DNA from: Klebsormidium nitens
Taxonomy: Eukaryota > Plantae > Klebsormidiophyceae
Direction of reading: 5' to 3'
NCBI GenBank assembly: GCA_000708835.1
Contig: DF236996.1
Span: 154,397 to 218,396, forward strand
Length of the DNA: 64,000 bases
The position numbers were made by a program, and so were the translations under genes. The notes beneath the pieces were generated by a model that was given only the letters and a program-made list of their open reading frames with translations, was not told the origin of the DNA and did not search any database. This document shows, in pieces, positions 24,030-34,600 of the stretch. Position 1 is the stretch's first letter. Every line of letters begins with the position of its first letter.

Positions 24030-27000
24030 CTAAGTAGCGGCTCGATAGTGATCAAAACTGATCGCTTGGGGGAGCGCGTTCCTTAAGGTAATGCTTTCAT
24101 TACTTTCAGAAGGCTCTTGCGGAGAGACGACTCTCTCAATAGCGACGAATCCGCTCCAGATCCCATTCTCCCCTTCCAACCGGGTGAGATAATGACCGGA
24201 CCACTCTTTTCGAGTCCTCTCCAGATACGGTTCCAAACCCACGTCTTCCTTTCCGTCACCTGTACCCACATCCCCACTCTCGTTTTGGGCTTCGCAGCTT
24301 GACCCTCTCGGGGTATTCCGCTGACCCAAACTCCGGCGGTCGAAACGGAACGCCGCGGGCGGCCAGTCGTGCAGCCAGTCTTCCTCGCCGGCGGGCGCGC
24401 CCAGCGCGGCGGCCGGCAGCCGCGGCCGCGGCCGCCACTCCGCCAAACCCCTTAAACCTTTCCTGCGCCTGGCGATCCTGAAGATGAGCGCGCAGAGGAC
24501 AAGCGCCAAGACGCCCGAGAGAACTAGGACGGGGACGAGATATCCGGCCTTGGATTTGGGCGATGTAGCTGGGGTGGGACCGCTGGGAAACGCACCCGGG
24601 GGATGCAAACCGGAGATCGGAAAGGTGGTGGGCCGGGGAGAATTCCAGGGTGCCGAAAGCTTAACGGCGGAGACGTTGGACACGTGGAACACGAAGGGCG
24701 CGTCCACGTAGCTATTTGCGGTGCCTGCGATGGGCCAAGTTGGACGCTCAGCTTCCTTTCTTGTATTTCAGTTAGGCAAGTCAGATGTGTATCCATCAAA
24801 GTTTCAACTTCATTTCCTGTTGGGTGTTGTAAAGCGCCTTCAAGAATTCGAAAGAAGATACCTGCAACTGCCAAGCCTCTGTTTCTCCAAGTTTGCCAAG
24901 TTTTAATGATGTTGAAGAACAAAGAAACATCGCTGACATTTTCCATACGTTGGACAGTGGAAGCCAGAGGTGCACCGGCCAAAAGCTGCAGGTCAGAACA
25001 CTGATTCAGGAGAAAGTTTAGGATCAGTTCATTACCGTAAGGAACTTGTGAGTTGGTAATCTGAAGCGTCAAGAAAGTGTTCAAGTTCCGTTGGAGTTTG
25101 ATCGGAACTTATCCGTCCGGGTTCCGCCGGAAGCCTCACCTGACCAGCTGCCGTTATTCACGTCTGAAGCGTCCCAAATGGAAGTATACCTGCAAGGAAA
25201 GTTTTGCATATTTCTTCCTGAAGATGAGAGTCCGTCCCGATAATTTCATTTCTCCTGAAGTCTGAAGCCCTCATTATAAAAATCCACTACCTTCAAGCCT
25301 AAAGGCACTTTTGCAGGTCTTTACGAGCTCAGGTGTGAACCTACTCAACGGATCGAGCTAGCTTTTGGTAAGGTAAATTCTGATGAGCTCCCAAATGATC
25401 ATGTTTTGATTCGAAGTCCATACGACAGGGAAACTTCGAAACGGAAGGCAGACTTTTCCCCCTGCTTTGTCTTCGCCTTTCCTTTTTTGATAGTTGTGCA
25501 GTGATAGGCGTCACTTACAAAAAGCCTGGCAGAGTGGGGTATGGTAGCCCCGTCTTGTTGTACACGGTCCGCACCTCTAAGCCGTCGATAAACCACCTAA
25601 ATTTTGAATCCAAAGGCTGCCGTGAGACACACCGGCACACTCGAAATTGGGCCGGTAACAACGAATTATGGTTCAAAAGGCCTTTTGAAACTAGCCAAAT
25701 CTACATCGATAGCCTATGTTTGTTCTGTGCTTTTCCAAAATGAGGACAAAAGATTCTTCTCATCTTGCAAGCACTGCAAACAATCCTGATTGATTGGGTC
25801 TGATTTCACAAGAGTATCTAGACCGGTAACTGGAAAGCCGATGCGATTAAGAACTCACTCATCAGGCCGGGACGGATGACGATAAGACTTCAGGTATTAC
25901 GGTGGTTCTGACTTTCAGGGCAACCAAATCGCGTAGCTCTCCGTTTGATTTTGAAGTCGACCTTATGTATCCTTTTTAGACCATTCGACTAGAAGTTTCC
26001 GACATACTCGTCATCGGCCGCTCACTTGATTCGCAGAGGTGTCCAGTCGATTTGGTACTCGTGAAAATCTTTCGAACAATCAAAACCCAGCTCGATGATT
26101 TTCTCGTTCCCCACACCGAGTGTCGTGGCGCTTCCGTTCACATAGTAGTTCACCTGCAGACCAAACCCAATGTTTCAGAGTCGCAGCCTTATCCCGAGGA
26201 ATGGACCCATCCACTCTGGACTCATTCCAGAGGGTCAGCGTTTATGCCGCCACAAGAATGTTACTTTGAAAGAATTAAGATTCCGCCGTGACCGTCTTCC
26301 TACCATGTGCGGTATTGTGGCAGGATCTTTCACGTGCATGGCATCAGAGGCAGAAAGAATGCAAGCGTAACGGCTGATGTGATTGAAAAGAACAGTAGCT
26401 GTCCCTCATACAGATCTGCGGTTCCTGACCAATCCACTTCAAGCCCTAACCAGCCCACCAGAGGACTATCAAAAAACCTGTGTTTCGAGATGCGCATCCA
26501 ATCCATCCAATGAGTATGCTAGTGTGCGTTCTCCCGCCCTCAGGTGACACGAAGCACGAACATCTACCTGAACGATCGACTTATTTCTGCCCAGCCACTC
26601 GAAATCGATCTCGTCTTGCGCCGGTTTTATCCCCGCGGTTTCTCGGCTGCAGAGGTTTGGAAAGAATCGTTCAGGCAGAGCTTTGAGAATCCGAACCTGA
26701 AGGTTGGAGGGCTCTACAATAAGCAAGAATGAGCGCAGCTCGATTAAAAGTCAGCAGAACGGATTCAACTATTTGGATAATGGTCAGAAATGTTTTGCGG
26801 GTACCCGGCTGCCATTCTCCCTGGTGCTCGCGGACTTACCTGGACGTGTAGAAATTCGGTAAAAGCCCAGTAGTGTTGCCTGCACACAAACTAGCGTTCT
26901 AAATGAAAACGACAATGCACTAGCTTCACAGATTCTGTGCTTTTGCATTGATGCTTGGTGTCTTCAACTTTTTGGTGTTTCGCCCATACTGATGCGGGTG

Positions 27001-28216
27001 GAACATCAGCATGGATGTTCCGTCGTGCTTCGAGACCAACTTAGAGCGAAGCAGAAGCTCAAACGTCAGCCGGTCACTCAAAAGTTTTCAAGGCAAGATT
27101 TGGAGGCGTCGGAAAACGGGAACTTCGTCCACCGTATCTCAGCTTCCGCGTTCTGTTTGAAGAGGAAGCAAGCTCACCTGCGGGACACTTGATCATAGCT
27201 GAAAAGATGCTGTACACGTAGCGCTGAGCGGTGTGAATGCGCGCTCCCGCCGCGGAGCCGCTCTTGGCGGAGATGCTACAAACGCATGCGATGAGCGCGC
27301 TTGCTAATAGAAAGATTCCATTCTCTTAAAATAAACCTCACTGCCTTTGAACCCGCTATATTGGGCTTGATTTGAGACTCTCTCCTTTGATCCATTGAAG
27401 TGCAGAATAATCCAATTTCAAGGAGCGCAAGTGGAATGATTGTTTGCAGCACGTGCCTATTGCTGGCAGTGGCCATGGCTGTTTTTTTTGGAAAAGCAAG
27501 AGCTGCTGTGAGTGCGAGCTTGAAAAAAATAGATCCTACCGAAACGCATCGGTAAGGTGAATAGTACTCACGTGAGACTTAAAGAAGCTCCTGAGTCAGC
27601 CACATTCTGAAGGTCTGCAAAAATGAGGTTTGAGATAAGAGATAGCTTTCTCATTCACGCCTGATGCACAAATCATGACGCTATGAGCCCTACTTGTATC
27701 TCCTCTCCATGAACGCGCAAATCTCAAGCGCTTTGCCCTGTATTACTTGTTTCAATCAAAAGGTATGGATTTCCGGATACTCACATAAAGCTTGACAAGT
27801 ATCTTAGAACTTTCAAGCAGATGGGCGGTTTTCAAAAGCAACCCTCATGATCGAAGCAAGCCAGATGCTACGAAATTTTGTCTTGCTTGCATGCATGGTC
27901 AGATTCGTAGGCAATCAAGCGAAACAAGCAGCTTCAGCATCTCGACTAAATTGATGTTCGTGACACAATTGATCTAGGAGAGATCTCGGCCAGGAATTTT
28001 TGAAGAGCACTTACTGTAGTCACACCAGGCAAACGGGGTTTCCGCCGTCATGTTTGCGGGCAGCAGCGTTCCGTTGTTCAGATCAGGATCGGAAGGCAGT
28101 CCCTCAGGGTCCCCTGTTGCGTTCCGTTCGACCAGAAGAGCCCTGTGAGCGGAATCTCGATCGACCAGCTGAGCCTCAGCGGACTCCAGAAGAAACAGCA
28201 AAGCAAAAGAAACCAT
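24030..28216 (-). CDS. GH16 endoglucanase of EG16/XTH-related type with signal peptide, Pro/Ser/Thr linker, transmembrane helix and cytoplasmic tail; 9 exons, about 470 aa
   Basis: Exons 28216-28015, 27614-27572, 27275-27178, 26879-26840, 26646-26568, 26153-26026, 25596-25519, 25189-25140, 24724-24030; all phases match. The catalytic ExDxE motif is intact: QDEIDFEWLGRNKSIVQVNYY. EG16-like motifs: GARIHTAQRYVYSIFSAMIKCPAGNTTGL, LGFDCSKDFHEY, WFIDG, LYTSIWDAS, DAPFV. The TM segment YLVPVLVLSGVLALVLCALIF is followed by RIARRRK. An upstream in-frame ATG at 28291 is an alternative start. Confidence 0.92.
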
Positions 28217-29281
28217 GGGACTAGAAAACAACGAACGTGCGCGGAAAATTTTCCCTCCGTGCCGCAAAATTACTGCCCAGAACTGCATCATCGCTAGAAT
28301 GCCTTCGCCCCCTTATCAGGCTTTGTTGTTTTCTTTTGACATTCAAAACCTGTGTCACGCAGTCAACGGCCAGTTTTCTTTACATCAGCAACAGCGCCTC
28401 CTTTCAACAACCCCTACAAGATCTTTGTGAATCTTTCTTTCCTATACTTGGAGATCAAATCCTCAAGTATCAAGGGCCCAAGACCTAAGTCGCCCCTCTT
28501 GAGTTCTGTTAAAATTGGCGGCCGAAAGCAGGTCTTCCTTTCTATGCAGCTTCACGGCACAGTCGATTTGAACTCGCACTCTAAATCTCGAGGACTCGTA
28601 GTAGGAGGTAATCTACCTTGATACTTTTCTACTTTGAGAATGAAAGGGGCGACTCAATCCTGGTAACTTGCGTGATCAGTTATCTTGGAATCGTCTGGCG
28701 GATTGATCGAAGAGATACTGGATAACGGATATCAACCGTTATGAGAAGTCCACCAGCTGAAACCAGTAGGATCACCAAAGTTTAGGTCCGGTCTGTCTGG
28801 CTTCCCTTGCCTTCCGACCGGGCCGGACGTTCTGATTGTCTTGACGACGTCAGATGGGAATCTACTGTCAGATTCCAGGTCCACTATTCCCTGGCGGTTG
28901 GTTCCACTGTCGGTTGCAGACACTTCCAAGACTTAAGCACCGGAGCGACTGATATACACTCGACGCGCCATATTCAAAATTCTGACCCGGAATTCTTGGT
29001 TGAGTCGTTTTCTTGCTCTCCAAACTGGTCCGTTGGGCTTCAGATTCCGTCAGCTCCTACCCAAGACTTGGTGCGCAGCGCGCGCCGAGTTCAACTCGTT
29101 GGAAGTTCCAAGGTGCGGGAACTATGCACCCTGCCTAAGAGCGAGCCTTGTACTGGCTCGCAGGACCCCCTGGCCAGCGCCGAATCTTGATACTACTCAA
29201 GATGTGCTTGCATATATATCGCCAAACCGCATCATGGATCAACACGGCGCGGACTCGTGAGGATAATACAGAACAACACTG

Positions 29282-29577
29282 ATCACAAAATGACCCCCCC
29301 GACAAATTGACGCGCTAAAGGTGCCAAGAGGGTTTGCTCCATATAGGCAACAAACATTACAACAGTTTGGAACCACGAAGGCACCAATTACGCCCTCGAT
29401 GACTAAGTGACGCCCACTTGACACGTGCCTTTTGGTCGTCAAATATGCTTCAGGTCCAAATTGGTGTTATGATGGTGTCAATTTGGCAACTGTTGGGCGG
29501 ATAACATTACAACAGTTTGGTGCGGGCATGGGTGATGCCCTTTAGGCGCCAGTTCGTCGGGGGGGGGAGTTTGTGAT
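29282..29577. mobile_element. 296-bp MITE-like element with about 40-bp imperfect terminal inverted repeats
   Basis: Left end atcacaaaatgacccccccgacaaattgacgcgctaaagg; reverse complement of the right end atcacaaactccccccccgacgaactggcgcctaaagg. Exact internal 18-bp direct repeat aacattacaacagtttgg at 29353-29370 and 29503-29520. No clear target-site duplication. Confidence 0.55.
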
Positions 29578-29863
29578 GCATACCTTCCAGTTCCGAACAT
29601 ATCTTATGCATAGCGCTCTGATTTGTAAGCCGATATGTCTACTAGTAGCACGTAACACGAGAATGCTCAATCGACGCAGCTTGGAGATCCCGATTTTCAG
29701 CGGTGGGTTACTTGGCTACGTCTTCCCACATACATTAAGCAGCCAACTTTTTATCCTGTATCACAATTTCTACTGGATATAACACCACACTTACCTAAAC
29801 GGCTTCATAGTCAAGTTTCCTACAGTCAGCTAAGCCTGCATGGAGCTTTTATAACCGCTTCTG

Positions 29864-31251
29864 TCAGGGTTCATCCAGATATTGCTGCAAAGACTTGTCG
29901 ATATGTCCGAATGGGTTCCTAAAGGTGCGATAAAACAAGCCCGATTCCAGCGTTACCTGCCTGACAATATTCTTCAGCTTTCTGTTCCCCTCAATCAAAG
30001 TTCTTTGCTTCGCAGCGAGCCGCTCCACCATGAACGTTAAACGGTCCACAGGCGAGACTGACGTCACCGGGCTATCACGCAGAGTCCTGCTGACGCACCG
30101 CAAGCAGCCGACATCTGACGTTGCCAGACCACCTCGCTGTCGCAGTACAAGGATGACGTCGAGCATCTTCTCAAGCGTCTCTCGCCCCATCCAACTGACT
30201 GGGGCCGCCTCTTCAACTTCAGAGACGTTGATTTCCGGTCCGTGAAGGGGTTCTATAATCAAGGAATCCCTTAGTTCGCTGTGAGCGGGAACGTCCGTGC
30301 TTTGGACTTCCGCTACATTGGCATCTGTCAATGAGCTCCGGCCGGCGACAACGGCCGCCAGTGACCGAGTTCGCTGATCAGATGGAGCATTTGCGTCCGG
30401 GAGAGGATCTGCAAGACATACATATGCTGAAATCTCTCATTTGCCCGGATCAGGATCCGCAGTATGTCCTACGCCTTGACCTCAACAGCAGAAGGAGTTC
30501 TGTTTCAAGAAATGAAAGTACGAAATTGAAGAGATACAGTCGCTGATAAGATTTACCGATAGAGAAAAGCGTTTGAGTGAAGCTCGGAGACCGCTCAGAT
30601 GGGGGGCTCACGATACAACATCGCAGCTCAGAAGGATATTTCAGCCATTTACCGGTAGCTTCAAATTGAGGATCAGTACGATAATCAGTACTGGACAGGA
30701 ACCCTTGAGAAATGCACAAGCAAGGCGATATATATTAATTGCCTGTGAGTTGATCCGTCGAAATGACTGGCGAAGACGACCTCAGTCTATCCAACAGGAA
30801 CGTCATGAGTCTGGTTCCAAGGTCATCTTTGCCTAATCTGAGTATTGTCAGTTTAAAGAAGTACTCTGACGGATGTCAGTTGGAATGAAGCCTGTTTTTT
30901 CCTAAAGGATGATATCAACGGAGGCAGTTTGTAGAACAAAGATTCAATCTTTCAGGACGGACTCCTCCTTCACCATCATTGCGGTGTGCTAAGCATTAAT
31001 GACAAAGTAGATCAAGCAGAAGGGGAGTTGAAACGATGAGATCACGGACTGACCTATCCTTGATCACTTTGAACAAAAGCTGCTTCTACAGTACTTATTG
31101 CAGTAGACAAGTTTGCATGCAGCGGCATCAACTCACCTGAATTCAGCACATGAGGCGGCCGAGGCGCAGCGTCCGAGTTGTTCTCACCAAGTCCCGACTC
31201 CCTGCCAATCTGATGCGGCCGGAAGCAGCTGAAGAAGCTCTGGAGAGGCAT
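29864..31251 (-). CDS. Two-exon hypothetical protein, about 191 aa, with a weak F-box-like segment
   Basis: Exon 1 31251-31137 (ATG CCT CTC CAG...TCA G|GTGAG, phase 1) joins exon 2 30324-29864 (gacag|AT GCC, phase 1) in frame. The segment LEKMLDVILVL...TSDVGCLRCVSRTLRD loosely resembles an F-box. It is head-to-head with the TBC gene. Confidence 0.6.
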
Positions 31252-31694
31252 CTTGGCGATTTGGCGTGTCCTAGCTTAGGCTTAGCATTTGGAAGCCGCT
31301 CTATTTGAAATTACTGGCTTAGCAGCGCGCACGCGGCCGCGATCCGGTGAATTCCCAGAGGGTTTGGACACAGGTTTTACGTTCGGACAGTGCCTACGCG
31401 CGCGGCGTGGTCATTCGGACGGCCACTTTGTGGTGGCGCCATGAGGTGCTTTTCAATCCACTCCGCTGTAGGTAGACTTCAGCTGAGCACACGCCTCCTC
31501 TGCTGTGGCCGCCCTTGAAGTTGGGAAGCGATCTCTCATCTTCCTTGGTCCTGGATCTTGATTAGCCTTGCTTCTTGTTGCCATGGTGACATCATTGAGG
31601 CGCAATTCAGATTCGATGCTCCTGGAGGCTGAAATTCAGGGTGCCCTTCAACCATGCAGTCCGCTGTCCTGCCTTGATCTGAGACACGACTAGC
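31252..31694. promoter_or_regulatory. Putative bidirectional promoter, 443 bp between divergent ATGs
   Basis: GC/CpG-rich island (gcgcgcacgcggccgcg, cgcgcgcggcg) between two divergent start codons. Promoter function is inferred. Confidence 0.45.
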
Positions 31695-34600
31695 ATGTCC
31701 AGCACAAGCACCGGTCATTGGGCGTTTGACTCCTGGAAGATGACGCAGCAGGTTCTAGACTCGTATGGTTTCTCTCATGCCCTGACTGGTGAGGAAGCCG
31801 TTCAGCGGCAGATGTGCGAAACGAGGGCGAGGGAGCAGCAGAAGGTAGGGCAGCTCAGTCTTCTTTTCCTCTTTCAGATCGATGGCTTGCAGTTTCAGAA
31901 TTAGTTGTCGGCAGATTGTTGTTGTTGATCAGGGTGTCATGAGTCCATCTGCACGACGAGCACAGTGGATTTGAGATCAAGTAAGGTGTCATGCCTCATG
32001 TTGAGCAACTTTGTATCCTCATCTGCCCCAGTTGAATTAGGGTTTGAGAAGCCCGTCGACATGGGGTGCAGCTTCAATACTTCTCTTTGTTTGGAGTTTA
32101 GCTGTTCCTCTTAATGTGGCCGCAGCTATCTCGCGTGGCCGTCACAATGAGCTTCTAGCCTGTGCAAGAGAGCCTGTGCTCCCCTTTGTGGCAATTGAGT
32201 CACGGCCTTTGCAATTCTCTACAAAGGGTTTGCAACCTATTTCAGCGCACCCACCTTTCGTGCCTAGTTGCATGCTCCTGGCAGAATCTAACATGGTAGA
32301 TGGGCCGCAGAGCTCAAGCTTCGGATCTTGATATCTTTTGACTTAGTGGCACTGCTTGGTCTGATTGCATTGCAACGTAGATCAACCGGCCTATCTGCCA
32401 AGGGAACGACACACACTGTCATGTCAGCAGACTGAGAGTATCGGGTGTCATCATGATACAGCGGGCAGAAATATCCAACAAAGTGGGGGTCTTCTTACCT
32501 AAACCATGGGGAGCAACAGGCTTACAATTGTGGCTTTTTTTTTTCACGCATGGGGCCTCCACTTCTGCCTTAAATTGACATCCTTCGGCTTTGCCAGTCA
32601 AACAAAACCGGCGCGCAACCAGAAAATAATGTTTTTTTGACCCAATACGTGCTGCAGATGTGGTGGGAGAAGGAGCGGACGCTAGGCCCGGGGTGGTATG
32701 AAGACGAGCTTGAGGCGGGCCAGAATGGCTTTGCTGGGGGGTTCTCAATGGCTGCCGTCACAGCAGTGGCAAACGGTTCTTCCCTGAAGAAGCTGATACG
32801 CAAGGGCATCCCGGCGCAGTCTAGAGCAAAGGTAATTGCGTTCGGACCTGAAGTTTAGAGATAAGTGGGTGTTTGGAGCAGATGCAGTAGCACGTTATAT
32901 GTCCTGGGGCCCAAAGTCTTGCAGAGTTCGCTGTCCGGCTGCTGTCCCGCTTTCCGGATGGAATTTGTGGCCCCATTTCTTATGACTTTCAGAAAAATGT
33001 GTGCAAAGCTGGCCCGTGCGCTGCTTCCAACTCCGGGACTCAAAACGGCCAGAAGAAAATGAAAGGAAGCCAAGATCGAGGGGGACAAGGGGGAAGGATA
33101 TGAAAGTACCAGTACGATGCGAAAGCAGCAATATGTAAGCACGACGTGATGATGCATCTTCGGTCTCACAGGTGTGGTGGAGTTGTTCGGGAGCTGGCAA
33201 GAAGGAGCGGGAAGCTGGGGAGGGGTACTATGCGAACCTGCTGAAATTGGTGGAGGGGAAGGAGACGGTGCACACACGGCAGATTGACAACGTGAGTGCT
33301 CTGTGTTTCAAGTAGCAAACACCTTTTGCTTTGCTTGTGATGGACCCCAGGCGTCTTAAGGGTTTTGACCTGTCTAAAATAGGTTGGCTCTTTCCTCAAA
33401 TCGATCCTGAGGCGTCCGAGAAGTTTTTTGGATTCATGCAAGGCTGCCAGTATGGCGAGTCCGCCCTGTTGCGAGTTGGCGCTCAGCGGTCTCTCAGACT
33501 CTCTGGAAACCTCTGTGCTCTTTCCTGCAGTCAAAATTCTGGTTCGCTTCAGGCATGTTGAAGGAACAACGATGCTCGTCAGGCCTGTTGAACAGAATCG
33601 AAGTCAGGGAACAATCACAAACATCTTCTAGGGTCAGGGTGTATGAGAGCCGACAGTCTTTTCTGATTGATGTGTCAGAGTAGATCTCTAATCACAACTG
33701 CTTCTCGTTCACACCAGCTTGAAATTGTCTGTGTATATTCTCTGTCCTTCTCGGGGATTAACGTCACCCTTTCTCCCAACAGGATGTACATAGAACGTTT
33801 CCCGGGCACCCCTGGCTGGACTCCGAAGAGGGGAAAACGCTGTTGCGACGGGTGCTCGTTGCATACTCCTGGCGCAACCCCGGCGTCGGTTACTGCCAGG
33901 TCAGTGGCACGTGCCTTTCTGCCTGCCTGGCCTGACACAAGTCCTGGATTTGACGTGCTGCCTGGAGCTTCCGCGGTTTTATTCGGAACTCAAGCCGTTT
34001 GGATAGAACGGGCTTGTAGTCGTCGCTACAAGTGGAATGTACGAGGACCTGAATAGGGAAAGGAACCGAATGTGAACGATCGGAGAAGTCTCCGGGCTTT
34101 TCCGACCAGCTCATACGAGCAGCTGTGACGATAGCGGCGACTTCTCCTTACTGGCCTCCTCTGCTGTCGCTTATTGTGAGCGGCCGAGGGGTTTCGGGAG
34201 GAGCCGAGTGCCTTGTCACCAGAAGTCTTTACAATTGCAACTTCTTCTTGCTTCTCTCTTCTATTGACTAATACTGACAGTCTGTCCCCTTGTCTACACT
34301 CTCTCGGTCTCTCATCTACCCAGTATTAGAATTAGTCTACGGATCTCTTGCTCTTACTCACGGTTTGACCCTCAATTTTGGTTGTGTCCTTCCCCCAGCT
34401 TTTGCCCTTCCCTATCTCGCAGTTGGCCTCATCACTCTCCGTTCCATCCTGCAGCGTCCGTACTATCAGCAAGTCACAATGACTCTGTTCCTGCCCGTGT
34501 ATCTGTTTATCTCGTTTCCCTTGACCCAGCGCTTAACACCCTTTGGTTGCAGTTCATGAACTATGATACGGCTTTCCTGCTTCTGGCCATGTACTTTCTC

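Noticed and set aside
24524-25084. 186-aa minus-strand ORF inside the GH16 gene as an extra exon
   Set aside because: Exons 25189-25140 and 24724 already join in phase to give the expected WSG-TANSYVDAPFV. The ORF is intronic plus off-frame.
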